Shown here: positions 1 to 13,011 of the stretch, one piece after another | How the letters are laid out: every line of letters begins with the position of its first letter | Numbering within the stretch: position 1 is the stretch's first letter | Assembly (NCBI GenBank): GCA_964016885.1 | Contig: OZ024756.1 | Location: 42,284,001 to 42,348,000, forward strand | Origin: Eledone cirrhosa | Lineage: Eukaryota | Length of the DNA: 64,000 bases | Reading direction: 5' to 3' | Notes under the pieces: model-generated | Database searches by the model: none | What the model saw: the letters and a program-made list of their open reading frames with translations, nothing else | Told to the model about the DNA's origin: nothing | Translations under genes and position numbers: made by a program

Positions 1-95
1 TAACATATTTCTAATGCCTCTTCATGATTATTTGCAAGAGTAAGATATATTTGCAAGCCAGTAAGATATATATTTGTGTTTTCTTCTCTCTCCAG

Positions 96-306
96 GAGGT
101 AAATTATATGCAGTTACATGCCAGTGGCTCCAGTGAATACAGCAACAGTATCTTAAACTGTCTGGAGAGTTTATTATCAAATATATTCATCCCGGCAGCT
201 TGCAGTGATCAAAATGGCTGGGGTGAGCTGGATGTTTACCGGCAAGGACAGAAGTTACAGAACAATTTCTTTAATTCAATGTCTTCCTTTGTTTCGGTAT
301 TGTCAG
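96..306 (+). CDS. DNAH5: Dynein heavy chain exon 1 in window (EVNYMQL...VSVLS)
   Basis: tccag acceptor, g|gtatga donor, ends phase 1. Confidence 0.8.
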
Positions 307-383
307 GTATGAACTTCAGTTTTGTTGTTATGGAAGGAAGCAATCAATGAGGGATAGCTGTAAAGTTTATAGGCTGACTATGA

Positions 384-559
384 AGAAGATAACCATAGTT
401 TTAATGACCTGTTTAACAGAAGATAACCATAGTTTTAATGACCTGTTTAACAGAAGATAACCATAGTTTTAATGACCTGTTTAACAGAAGATGTACATAT
501 TTTAATAGCCAGTTTAATAGAAGATAAACATGGTTTAATGACCTGTTTAACAGAAGATA
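384..559. repeat. 34-bp tandem repeat, about 5 units
   Basis: AGAAGATAACCATAGTTTTAATGACCTGTTTAAC. Confidence 0.9.
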
Positions 560-839
560 CACAAATAATAAAGAATTTAAAAGTGTTTTAATAATATAAA
601 TTTCTCATCCTAAAGTTTGTGGTGTTTGGAATATAACTTAACAAAGGTTCTCACATAAAAGTATAACAAGAATTTTTTATATTAATATAAACATTTCAAA
701 ACAGTTTTGTATCCTAGAATGACCAGCAGTTTCAGGCAGTTCTGTAAAAATACTTTATTAATGGACAAATTTTTAATTTATAATTCATTTTAAAATTTGT
801 AATTGTGTATCTGAAGTATCAGGTGATTTTATTTGACAG

Positions 840-1003
840 GAGCCCAGGATAGTGTTGGAGAAAAAGTGACATTACAACGGTTCAAACCCATGAATAATAT
901 GCAGATATTTTCAGCATCTGGTTACATGGCTTTGGCAAACAATGGTGAAGCTTTGGAAGAAATTGAAAACATCATTAAAATTTGGATAAAACAAGTTGAG
1001 CAG
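840..1003 (+). CDS. DNAH5: Exon 2 (GAQDSV...WIKQVEQ)
   Basis: ttgacag acceptor, cag|gtgaat donor. Confidence 0.88.
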
Positions 1004-1527
1004 GTGAATTTTCATCTGTATCATCATCATAATCATCATCATCATCCTCCTCTTTACGACCATCATCTTAACACTCACCACATTTTTTATCATCATCATC
1101 ATCCTCATCATAGCCATCCCCATCATAGCCATCATCATAATCATCATCATCCTTTTTATGTCTGTTTTCCATAAATTGAATGAGTCTTTTCCAGCAGAAG
1201 GGGAAATCTTGTAACCTCAGTCCCTTGACAACGGAATTGGGATAAAGCTCAGCTTGATTGATGGTCCCCTGGGTTTAGAGGATAAAAGGGGACCAAAGAT
1301 GTCTCATTAATGACAAAAAACCTTGGCTCAATCTTTCTAATTAATCTATCTTGTTAACAATCCTATCACCCACAAACAACTTTGGCTCAATCAGAGATAC
1401 GATAAATTAGAGTAGAAATAATTTGATATCTCACTTAATAATTAATTAATCTCGTCTAATGAAACATCTCAATTATCATAGAGTTTAATCATGAAACTCT
1501 TCGTCATGTTTTTCTTTTTCTCTATTA

Positions 1528-1729
1528 TACGAGTGTTGGATGAAAAGTTCATAGGCTGACCAAGATACTCTCATGGAATGACCAAATGAGGTTTATTTTT
1601 CAACATAGTCCTTAGAAGGAAAAAATACAGTTATTGCAAAAAAGAGTTGAAATTAATGTATGCAAGATTTCACAGCTCTAGTATCACTCCTTCTTAGTCA
1701 GCTTATGAACTTCTCAGTCTAAAGTTGTA
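1528..1729. mobile_element. Mariner-type MITE (copies near 17535, 21830, 22290, 56637-56822)
   Basis: TA flanks, imperfect TIR with GAAAAGTTCATAGGCTGAC / GTCAGCTTATGAACTT. Confidence 0.7.
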
Positions 1730-1844
1730 TGCACCTTATTCATGGCACAAATCGTATCCTATTTCAATAACAACAAAACAGTTTTAAGTAGGTTTTCAGA
1801 TTTATATCCTGGTTGAACAGAAGACATAGAATCAGCAGCTTCGT

Positions 1845-2040
1845 ATAATAATAATTGTTTCTACTTTAGGCACAAGGCCAGCAATTACCCAGTGCATTAC
1901 TGGTACTTTATTTTATCGACCCCGTAAGGATGAAAGGCAAAGTCAACCTCGGCGGGATTTGAACTCAGATCGTAAAGGGACGTAACTATGCATCAAAGCA
2001 TGGCGTCAGACCCTCTACTGATACTGCCAATCCACCGCCC
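1845..2040 (-). mobile_element. Second tRNA-derived SINE family, Meta/MESC-like central domain, (ATT)n tail (copies near 6482, 12010, 29085, 35280, 36225, 47110, 53200)
   Basis: Reverse complement: GAGTTCAAATCC B box then GCCTTTCATCCTTACGGGGTCGATAAAATAAAGTACC; domain name recalled, not searched. Confidence 0.75.
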
Positions 2041-2243
2041 TATATAATAATAATAATAATTGTTTCTACTTTAGGCACAAAGCCAGCAATTACTGGTATA
2101 ATTGTTTCTAAATAGATATAATTGTTTCTACTAGATATAATAATAATAATAGTAATAATGACAATTGACCGTGACAAGTGGAGAGATGCTGTGCTGAATA
2201 AGACCCATCCCATCCTTGCAAGCAGGGAAAAGCGGATGGATGA

Positions 2244-2288
<45 letters not shown>

Positions 2289-2843
2289 GATAAATCTACC
2301 AAAAGTTTACGGTAGTGTCCAATCCGTATGAAGAACTCAATGTAATCCGGATATCATGAAAAGAGAAGATGCATTCAAAAACTACTTTCGGTGAATAATA
2401 AACGGAAAACAGAGTCAAGATAAATTATTAAAAAAATAATGAATAAACAAAGAAACAGTTCCTTATATTAAAAAAAATTATTCTGAAAACAGCATATATA
2501 TGTGTAGGTATGTATATTCCCTCTGATAGTTTGTATAAATATTGTACATAGATCTATAGAATATGCATACCAACTCTAACACATATATATCCTAGAAACG
2601 ATCGTAAAATAATGAATTTTTTTTAATATAAGGAACTGTTTCTTTGTTTATTCATTATTTTTTTAATAATTTATATATATATATATATATGTATGTAAAA
2701 GGTAAACAGAAATAATAACACAATCGGTACAGTAAAAATGTCTTTAGGTAAAAATAACAGGTCCATTCATGTTGACATCTCTTGCATTCTATATTCTAAA
2801 ATTAACTCTGTAAGTAAGGAAGACATTATTCCCTGTTTTCTAG

Positions 2844-3020
2844 GTTCTTGCAGAAAGTGAACAAATGAGAAGAGAAGCTGACGATATCGGACCCAGGGCT
2901 GAGCTGGAACATTGGAAACGACGGATGTCTAAATTTAATTATCTCTTAGATCAGATCAAAGGGGAAGAAGTACGAACAGTTTTATGTATACTTCAAGTGG
3001 CCAAATCAAAGCTTTTAAAG
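2844..3020 (+). CDS. DNAH5: Exon 3 ([25 protein letters not shown]...)
   Basis: ttctag acceptor, aag|gtaaaa donor; conserved tail motif. Confidence 0.93.
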
Positions 3021-3729
3021 GTAAAATTATTTCGTTGCCATCATCGCCACCATCACCACCATCATCACCACCATCATCGCCATCACCACCATCATTGTCA
3101 CCATCATCACATCGCCACCACCATCATCATCATCGCCATCACCACCATCATCGCCATCACCACCATCATCGCCATCATCACCTTCATCATCACCATCATC
3201 ATTACCATCACCATCATCATCATCATCATTGCCATCCTCATCATTGTCCTCATCATCGTTATCATCATCATCATCACCATCATATACATCTGCAAAATGT
3301 ATATAATCTATAGCTTATTCTTGTTTCTATACTGAGTAAGTAAAAGTAAGTAAAATCCAGTAACATATGTCTGACGTTCTTTCACGGCTCAGCTGCTGAG
3401 ATGGCTGTGACATGATCACAGCTTAAAATATTTATAGTGAGCCTCTTGTATGTTTATTATACATAAATATATCATATATATGGCTTGATATAGATAGCTC
3501 TTTATTTTATGGTTCAATCCACTCTTGAAAGAACAATATTTTAAAAATAAATTGAATTAAAATTAGTATTATTATTATGAAATTAATTTGATTAAACTAT
3601 TTGTGACCATACTTCTAATAAAATACACTCTATTTCAATTAATTTATGACTAATTTGAGGGATTTACTAAAATTATTTATTATTTCATTACTATGATAGT
3701 AACTTATCATATATTTTGTATATAAAAAC

Positions 3730-3941
3730 TACCATATAAACTTGAATATAAACTGAGGAATATGTGACCAAAAAATTGATGGTAGAATGGAAGTTGGCTT
3801 ATATTCTAGATCAATATTTTGATTATTTTCACCAACTTCGAATTCTACATAAATAAGGTTTGGATTTTTTCCCATTTCTCAGACATGAAATAATTGGGTC
3901 AGCTTATATTTATATCAACTTATATTCAACTTTATACAGTA
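3730..3941. mobile_element. DNA-transposon-like dispersed repeat; inverted copy near 18340-18550
   Basis: Two related copies with repeated TTGAATATAAG motifs near the ends. Confidence 0.5.
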
Positions 3942-4039
3942 TGTTGGAAGATTTTAATTTAAATAGAAACTCTTTAATTTTGGAGGTTTTATTTCATAAA
4001 ACAGAACTGGTTTTAGTGGGTTGAAGTGAAAAGGGTTAA

Positions 4040-4247
4040 CCCTTTAGCATTTAAACCGACCAGATTTCTCTCACCTTTTCTGTTCAAATCAGCTATAACT
4101 GGCAGCTCATACTGATGTTAAGGTATTGTTCTCAAAATAAATGATATCGAAATCTCAGATTCCATATTATGTGAGATAATTATGTGTGATTAAGCCTTTA
4201 CCATGAAAATACAATAATAAATATAAAGTAATGTGAATGCTAAAGGG
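4040..4247. mobile_element. piggyBac-type MITE
   Basis: TTAA flanks, TIR CCCTTTAGCATT..AATGCTAAAGGG. Confidence 0.85.
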
Positions 4248-4282
4248 TTAAATGAAAATAAAACTCTACGATGGAATTTCAG

Positions 4283-4396
4283 ACATGGCAAGAACTCGAC
4301 TGTAAAATCACAGATACTGCCAATGAAGCACGAGATAATGTCAAGTTCTTATATACTCTTGAGAAATTCTGTGATCCTCTCTACAACAGTAATCCT
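4283..4396 (+). CDS. DNAH5: Exon 4 (TWQELD...EARDNVKFLYTLEKFC)
   Basis: tttcag acceptor, cct|gtaagt donor. Confidence 0.92.
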
Positions 4397-4702
4397 GTAA
4401 GTATATCATTGATATGGTATAGCTTTTTGAACTCTACTGAGGTTTTGGTCTAAGTGTGTATGTGTGTGTGCATGTATGTGTATGTGTGTGAGTTTGTAGT
4501 CTATTGAGGTTTAGTTCCAAGTGAGTATTGTGTATGTATATGTTAGAACCAGGAACTTTTCAGCACCCACTCCATATATATATATATATACACATGTGTG
4601 TGTATATATATATATGTGTGTGTGTATACGAGGGAGTGCAGTTAATTATGATTTTATTCAACATATTCCCCTCTCAGATTCAGACTCTTATTGCAGCGGT
4701 CG

Positions 4703-4948
4703 TACCTCCCCTGTAAAGGTAACAGCTCTACCCTTTCACAGTTCTACCTTCCCTGTAAAGGTAACACCTCTACCCTTTCACAGTTCTACCTTCCCTGTAA
4801 AGGTAACAGCTCTACCCTTTCACAGTTCTACCTTCCCTGTAAAGGTAACACCTCTACCCTTACACAGTCCTACCTCCCCTGTAAAGGTAACACCTCTACC
4901 CTTTCACAGTTCTACCTTCCCTGTAAAGGTAACACCTCTACCCTTTCA
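4703..4948. repeat. 42-bp minisatellite, about 6 units
   Basis: CCCTGTAAAGGTAACA.CTCTACCCTTTCACAGTTCTACCTT repeated. Confidence 0.95.
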
Positions 4949-5007
4949 TGATACCCTTTAAGCCAGTACCCTGGTATATAGTGGTATATACATTGTTTTC
5001 CTTTCAG

Positions 5008-5115
5008 GTTGGAATGTTGGCAGGAATAGCTGGTCTTATCAATGGTATCCGAATGATACACAGCATCTCACGATATTACAACACCTCAGAGAGAATGACT
5101 TCTCTTTTTGTCAAA
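5008..5115 (+). CDS. DNAH5: Exon 5 (VGML...[16 protein letters not shown])
   Basis: tttcag acceptor, aaa|gtaagg donor. Confidence 0.93.
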
Positions 5116-5399
5116 GTAAGGAGGAAATCGAACTATATTTTTTATTCAATCAATATATCATGGTTTGGCAGGTTCATTTGTGATGAATCGGTATTTTAGA
5201 TTTGATGTACTTAAATACAATTATATCCCGATGTATATGTATGTGTACATGTATACCATATGTATGCATACAGGTATATATATACAGAGAGAGAGAATAT
5301 AGTTCATTGGCAAGACATGTGTCTGTTATGTAATAAATGTTAGTCCTTTAACTGTGAAATTGTTATATTCATGTGACTTACATTATATATATATATATA

Positions 5400-5446
<47 letters not shown>

Positions 5447-5688
5447 TGTTCGGAAGGGCATCCAACTGTAGAAATCAAGCCAGAATCAGTTCCCGTATGA
5501 GCAAGACAGGGTCAGATGACCAGACACTGCCCACAACAGGACAACCCGTCTAACTCATGCTAGCATGGAAGAACGGACGTAAAATGTTAATGATGAGGAT
5601 GATATATATATAGTTGTCATGGTATAAATAGGGCCACTGCCTTTGGTCACTTTTCTTGGTGTCACACTTGATTAACTTTTGTGTTTAG

Positions 5689-6254
5689 TCTGGACGATAA
5701 TGTATTAACTTCTCACTCCACTGAGTGTTTACTCTGGACGATAATGTATTAACTTCTCACTCCACTGAGTGTTTACTCTGGACGATAATGTATTAACTTC
5801 TCACTCCACTGAGTGTTTACTCTGGACGATAATGTATTAACTTCTCACTCCACTGAGTGTTTACTCTGGACGATAATGTATTAACTTCTCACTCCACTGA
5901 GTGTTTACTCTGGACAATAATGTATTAACTTCTCACTCCACTGAGTGTTTACTCTGGACAATAACGTATTAACTTCTCACTCCATTGAGTGTTTACTCTG
6001 GGCAATAAGGTATTAACTTCTCACTCCACTGAGTGTTTACTCTGGACAATAACGTATTAACTTCTCACTCCATTGAGTGTTTACTCTGGGCAATAAGGTA
6101 TTAACTTCTCACTCCACTGAGTGTTTACTCTGGACAATAACGTATTAACTTCTCACTCCACTGAGTGTTTACTCTGGGCAATAACGTATTAACTTCTCAC
6201 TCCACTGAGTGTTTACTCTGGACGATAACGTATTAACTTCTCACTCCACTGAGT
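5689..6254. repeat. 44-bp minisatellite, about 13 units
   Basis: Unit CTGGACGATAATGTATTAACTTCTCACTCCACTGAGTGTTTACT. Confidence 0.96.
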
Positions 6255-6941
6255 GGTTTGTGACCTCCTCAAACAATACAATTAGTACCTTCTGTATTGC
6301 AGCTACAACTTCAGTTCATACCCAGTATATATATTTCAGTGAGGTTTACTCGAGTCTAATTACTGTGGACAACATGGTGAGAAGATTATTGAAAAATTTC
6401 CCATATGATTCACATCGATATTAGGTTTTTCCAGTTACTATTAAAGACAAAATTTCCCTCAGATTTCAGTTATAATATTGAAATAATTGTTTCTACTTTT
6501 GACACAAAACCAGCAATTATTCCAGTATATTACTGGTATTTTATTTTATCGACCCCGTAAGGATGAAAGGCAAAGTTAACCTCAACGGGATTTGAACTCA
6601 AACCCTAAAGGGACGTAACTCTATGCTGTAAAGCATGGCGTCCGACGCTCTACCGATACTGTCAATCTATCGCACCTTATAACAATGATAATTATTGTGT
6701 ACAGTGGTCAGAACCCTGTGATAAACAGGCAAAACTCCAGAGTAACAAGACTCACTATTTAGCCTTAATATAAATATTGTTATACTTTGGGAGGGTCATA
6801 TTCTTGTACTAATATTGCCAGAAATAACAACAGAACACACTCATTGTTTGGTTGGTTTTCGCTTCTGCATCTTTTATATCTCCATAGTTAATTTATTTGA
6901 TAATCAATGTTTATCATTGATTGACCAATGGTTAAAAATTC

Positions 6942-7018
<77 letters not shown>

Positions 7019-7229
7019 ATCAAAGTTCTTTCATTGCACATTGATAAACATTGATTGCCAAATAAATTAACTATGGAGATATAAAAGATACAGAAGCGAA
7101 AACCAACCAAACAATGAGTGTGTTCTGTTGTTATTTCTGGCAATATTAGTACAAGAATATGACCCTCTCCAAGTATAACAATATTCAATATTTATTTCGA
7201 CACACGATTTCATATCAAAAACCTTGCAA

Positions 7230-7260
<31 letters not shown>

Positions 7261-7392
7261 TGGTAAAAGGAAAAGAAAATGGTGACAAATTGTTCCCAGT
7301 GAAAAAACTATTTTTCACTGGGAACAATTTGTCAGCATTTTCTTTTCCTTTTACCAATATATCACAACTCGTGTGTTACACCTCTATTCTTT

Positions 7393-7430
<38 letters not shown>

Positions 7431-8421
7431 TGTATGATTGCAAGAAAAATTGCGTCATATGTGGTATGCTGGTTGAGCACTTGATGGTCACGCAGAGCAG
7501 AGTATAATACTATAAGAATAAAGGAACAAGGATATATATATATATATGGGATAACAAGTTATCATTTTAGGTAATCCAGTTAGAGGTTGTGAGTACTCTG
7601 TACTATGGATAGTTTTAACATACGGCATTGTTTGACTCAACAAGAGGCTTCCTTAGTTAGGTAGTTAGGTATTCTGATGATTTGATCAGAGACACACACT
7701 ATTTAAGGTCGAGTGACACAACTTTGAGTGATTAGCAACCTTTAGACTCACCTGATCAATGAAACAATTGTTAATACTGTAAATAAACCCTTTTTGTACA
7801 GCCAACCATGTTATTCTTAACTCTTTCACTATATATATATATATAGCTGCTGGGGAGTGCTCGTGAAAGTGGACGACACAGGGTTGTGTCAGGTCACATT
7901 GTAGTATGCCTTTGGCTGGGTCTTCATCTGTACAGCATAGCATCAATCTTCACAATCCTTTGGCATTTCAGTTATGAGACCATCATCTGGCCCTTAGCTG
8001 CCTTGGACCATATTTGAAGAAATCTTCCTCATTCCCTCTCCCTCCCCTCGCTTCTCCTGCCTCCCCTCCCTACCCATCTTTGCCATCTGTCCCTCTCTCT
8101 TTTCTCTGCTTCTTCTAGCTCTCTATTCACTCCCCTCCCTCCTCTACCTGCCTCTCCTGCCTCCCTCTCACCCTTCCTCTTACAGACCCCCTCGATCACC
8201 CCTCCCCTCTTTCCAGTTTTTAGGGCCTTGAACCCCCCCCCCTTCCCCAAAATGGTTTAAAATAAAGAAAACTATCTGAAATAATAATAAGCATCATCAT
8301 CATATCATGTCTTTCTTCCATGCTAGCATGGGTTAGACGGGAATTGTCCCATTTGAGGCAAGATTGATCAGGTGACCGTGTCTCACTCGTATAATATATA
8401 TTTGTTCTTCTTAACATCCAG

Positions 8422-8731
8422 GTAACCAATCAAATGATCACAGCTTCTAAAGCCTATATTACTTGCAATGACAGTGAAACTGTTTGGTCACAACCTACCG
8501 ATGTATTGATGAAGAAGTTACAGGACTGTATCATTCTTAATGATACTTATCAAAATACTTTCCAACAGACCAAAGAAAAACTGGAGAAATTGCCACATGA
8601 GAGACAATTTGATTTCTCTGGGATGTATATATTTGGAAAATTTGATACATTTGTGAGGAGACTTAAGAAAATTATTGAAATGTTTGAAACCATTGAACTT
8701 TATTCTAATATTTCAACATCTAAAATTGAAG
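8422..8731 (+). CDS. DNAH5: Exon 6 (VTNQMITA...YIFGKFDTF...SKIE)
   Basis: atccag acceptor, g|gtaagt donor. Confidence 0.93.
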
Positions 8732-9719
8732 GTAAGTTAATCTACTGTTGTTGTTTCTAGAGTGGAAATTATTACGAAAGAGCAATAATAGTAGTCATAA
8801 GATGAGTGAAACCTCGTTCTATTATAATTAATAATATACACTCTGCTATAGCATTGAGTACTCATATTGGTGTCACTTCTAGTAATCAACAAAATTACCG
8901 AGTAATATATATATATGTGAAGGCACATGGCTTAGTGGTTAGATAGAGCATTAGGCTTGCAATCAAAAGGTTGTGAGTTCAATTCTCGGATCGGGTGATG
9001 TGTTGTTTCCTTAAGCAAGACACTTTATTTCACGTTGTTCCAGTTTACTCAGCTGAAAATGAGTACCAGCAATAGCTGGAGGTTTAACCCTGCGATGGAC
9101 TGGCGTCCTGTCCAGGAGGGGAGTCTTGTTCTCTTAGTCGCTTCACGCCATGAAACTGGGATAAGCATCGGCCAAATGAGCCTTCTGGCTCAAGACAGAC
9201 TTTAGACTTTTTTTTAGATATATATATATATGTAAATATATATATGTAACTATATATATATATATGTATATATATATATAAGAAAAGAGTCAGGACCCCG
9301 ACAACTGAGCTCCAACTGTTCGACAACTAGATCCGAACCCTAAGTATTGAGTACTCTGGTGCGTTATGGTTCACCTGGTATCTTGCCACACCCTCTTTGT
9401 TATATATATAGATATCAGATAGGGTGTTGTAAGATACCAGGTGGACCCTAACACACCAGAGTACTCAATACTTAGGGTAGTAGAGTGGGTAATCTGAAAA
9501 GTTTCAGGACCCTGATTGCTGAACTCCGGCCATTTCAACAGAGGATCTAGCTGTCGAAATGGCTGGAGCTCAACTGTCGGGGCCCTAAATCTTTTCATAT
9601 ATGAATGTATGTATCATCATCATCATCATCATCATATATGTATATATGTATGTATATTACAGCCGTATATATATGTTGGAAATATTTTATAATTGTCATA
9701 TAAAATTGAATGTTTGTAG

Positions 9720-9856
9720 GCCTGGAAAATATGTCGAAGACATTCCAAAATATTGTATCTTGTATGCAAAATAAAAGCTACAATTGTTTGGACCAAAGGA
9801 AGATGGAATATAATGAAGACTTTGAAGACTTCAAAAGAAAAATACACCAACTTCAT
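9720..9856 (+). CDS. DNAH5: Exon 7 (GLENM...LDQRKME...QLH)
   Basis: ttgtag acceptor, cat|gtttgt donor; phase fits both neighbours. Confidence 0.85.
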
Positions 9857-10113
9857 GTTTGTCATCTTGACTTTATTATATTTTATGTTCTATTTGGTTT
9901 TATTCTACACCATCACCATCATCGCCAACACCACTACTATTACTATCATCATCAGCATCAACACTATCACCATCAACACCAACACTAGCACCATCAACAC
10001 CAACACTATCACCATCAACACCAACACTATCACCATCAACACCAACACTATCATCATCAACACCAACACTATCACCATGATATATTTTAAATTTCCTCCC
10101 TGAATAATTGCAG

Positions 10114-10342
10114 ATGTCCATTGGTGATTTCATGGAAAACAGATTAGAAAGGAGAAGTAATTCACAGTTAGCTCTGCAAATGTTGCAGAAATTTGAACAA
10201 CTAAAACTTCCTAATCTTGGAATTCAAGAGAAATATCAACAGATTTTGGTAAATTATGTCAAAGATATTGATATGGTTACTCGACTTTATGAGAAACATA
10301 AAAATAACCCACCTGTAACGAGAGATTATCCCCTGTTTGCAG
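10114..10342 (+). CDS. DNAH5: Exon 8 (MSIGDF...NPPVTRDYPLFA)
   Basis: ttgcag acceptor, g|gtgagg donor. Confidence 0.9.
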
Positions 10343-10761
10343 GTGAGGAGATTATTTAGAGGATTTGTGATTTTAAGAAAAACAAAACAAAAAAAAACTT
10401 TTATTCTTTATTTTATTGCTTTCTTTCTTTTCTTTTACTTGCCTCAATCTATGGTGATGCTGGGGCACTGCCTTGATTTAGTCAATCATATCAATCCTAT
10501 ATATATATATATATATATATGAGGGATTTTCTAAGGTGCTTCTACGGGACCCCAAGTCTTTTGGTTTAATGTTGATGCGTAAATTATATATTATTGTCTA
10601 ATTTTTAAACTTCAATCCCTGACCCCGACAACTATTATAAAAGAGCCCCCTTAGAATATAGACCCCAACTACACAAGCGGAGTTGCTGATGTATACCACA
10701 ATTTCAAACTGCTAGCCTTGAGTGATACGTTGATGTAAACAATGATCTTGCAATCATTATA

Positions 10762-10808
10762 TGCCTTGATAAGTCCCACCATGGGGTCGGACGAAACGGC
10801 TGTCGGCA
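10762..10808 (+). ncRNA. Type I hammerhead ribozyme motif, U3-A8 core variant
   Basis: TGCC-TTGATAA-GTCC..GGAC-GAAAC-GGCT-GTC-GGCA; all three stems pair; AATAAA follows. Confidence 0.75.
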
Positions 10809-10852
10809 ATAAACTTGTTATAATGTCATAATAGTTCCTTTGTTCTTTTTCA

Positions 10853-10893
<41 letters not shown>

Positions 10894-11479
10894 ATAATAA
10901 TAAATGTGAAGACTAAAATCCGAAGAGGAATCGATAAGGATAAATATATATATCAAATATATAGAACCATAGAGCAAATATTTATTAAAATAACAGATTA
11001 AAGTTTAAGCAAAGAATCGCTGCTTTCCCCCTAAACGTTAAGGGTAAAAGCAGTGATTCTTTGCTTAAACTTTAATCTGTTATTTTAATATGTATATATA
11101 TATATATATATGTGTGAGTCCCCCGGGTTTAATCGGGTATAACCACAGTAAGGAAGGTACTCAATTCATTAGTAGAGTGTAAACAACAATTTAATACAGA
11201 AATGGCTTCTACAGGGTCCCTATCATTCCACAGCAAAGTGGTCATGGAGGTGCCACAGCAAAAAAGCAGCCACCACTCACTGTAAATGAGGTTGGTGAGG
11301 GCATCCAGCTGTAGAAATCAAACCAGAATCAGTTCCCACCCCACCCTTGCAAGCAGGGAAAAGCAGACGTAAAATGATGATGATGATATATACCCATACT
11401 ATTAATGAAATAATCACAACTATTTTTATAACCACACGTACATCTAAAAAAAACTATAATTAACTTTCAATGTTTTCCG

Positions 11480-11985
11480 GAAGGGTTGACGGCTTCACAT
11501 GCGCACATATATAAAATGTGATGTTGGTATGTACTGTGTGCTTCTCTTATTTTCTGTTACGCCATCGAAGTAGAAGCTACAAGGATCTAACCAAATTATT
11601 TATTCATGGTTGTTTAATTTATGGCTTCAAATCCTACCTAAATGCAGAAGCATGGAGTCATTACATTAATAGTTTTGGGGTCACACCATGTCTGAACACA
11701 GGGACTGGTTCGCCACATGGTTCTGTTCTGGTGATTACAGCCTTAAAGATTGACCCCTCACAAGACGTCCATCTGACTTCAACTACGAGCAACTGTGTGA
11801 ACTGGTGGAAGTTGACCCACATCAACCCTCCAAAGTGCTTGAGACATCAAAAATGGCCATCTTAATCACTGCCATCTAACAGGAAGGTGCCCAAGCTGGA
11901 TTAATCAGTGCCCCACATTCTGACTGACCGTAATCGTGAATGTTGGGCAGTAGCTGCGACTTCTCTGCTCTCCTACCATCACACA
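11480..11985 (+). pseudogene. Mariner transposase relic
   Basis: VPKLD..VPHILTDRNRE..A.SLL resembles the mariner WVPHEL linker; frameshifted. Confidence 0.6.
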
Positions 11986-12246
11986 AATATTTCAACAACA
12001 ACAACAACAATAATAATAATAATTGTTTCTACTTTTGACACAAGGCCAGCAATTATCCCAGTGTATTACTGGTATTTTATGTTATCGACTCTGTAAGGAT
12101 GAAAGGCAAAGTTAACCTCGGTGGGATTTGAAATCATACCTCTATGCTGCAAAGCATGGCGTCCAACCCTCTACCAATACTGCCAATACAGGTTTCTTTT
12201 TCTTTTTCTTTTTCAATAAATAATTCACTGACAATTTTTCTTGCAG

Positions 12247-12425
12247 GAAAAATTTCTTGGGCAAGGCAACTTTTCTGCCATCTGCAGGAACCCATGGAAA
12301 ATTTTAAACAACACAATACTATTTTACAATGTGAAGAATCTAAATCTATTATTGTGAAATACAATAGGATGGCTAAAGTTTTACTAGAATTCGAAATTCT
12401 TTACTATAGAGAATGGTTGCACCAG
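12247..12425 (+). CDS. DNAH5: Exon 9 (GKISWARQLF...YNRMAKVLLEFE)
   Basis: ttgcag acceptor, cag|gtagat donor. Confidence 0.92.
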
Positions 12426-12785
12426 GTAGATGATTTCTTTCTTTATTCCTTCAGTTAATTTTATCTGGTATAAAATATCACTTTAATTCTTTAAGTGTAG
12501 ATGTCTTGTCTAAGACAGCAAAGTCACACATTCTATTATTAACACAATGATACAACTCTCAATTTAACCACCATTCCATATTTGATCCTTGGTTCACAAC
12601 ATAATGATACAACTCTCAATTTAACCACCATTCCATATTTGATCCTTGGTTCACAACACATTGCTTATAACACCTTCTTATTCAAGATGCAACTCTTAAC
12701 TTAACCATCACTCAATTTTTTTGAACTTCTGTTCCTAGCACAATGTCTTTTCAGCACTCTTAACTCTGTCTTTTGCTCTTTTTAG

Positions 12786-12992
12786 GTGGAAACAGTAAAG
12801 GAGAAACTCCAGTCTCCTTTGTTAGTACAGCATCCTAAAAGCAAGGAATTATTAGTAAATTTTGATCCCCAAATCCTGATGATGATAAGAGAAACTGAAT
12901 GCATGGCTCGCCTCGGACACACAATTCCAGCTTTTGCTTGCATTCTGCGATCAAAACAAGAAGAATATAAGAAAATATCTAACGATCTTGAA
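12786..12992 (+). CDS. DNAH5: Exon 10 (VETVK...LLVNFDPQI...RETECM)
   Basis: ttttag acceptor, gaa|gtatgt donor. Confidence 0.92.
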
Positions 12993-13011
12993 GTATGTTT
13001 CTGATTAATAT

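Noticed and set aside
2984-3335. His-, Ile- or Met-rich ORFs here and at 911, 17955, 57012 and 62610
   Set aside because: Translations of (CAT)n microsatellites beyond splice donors.
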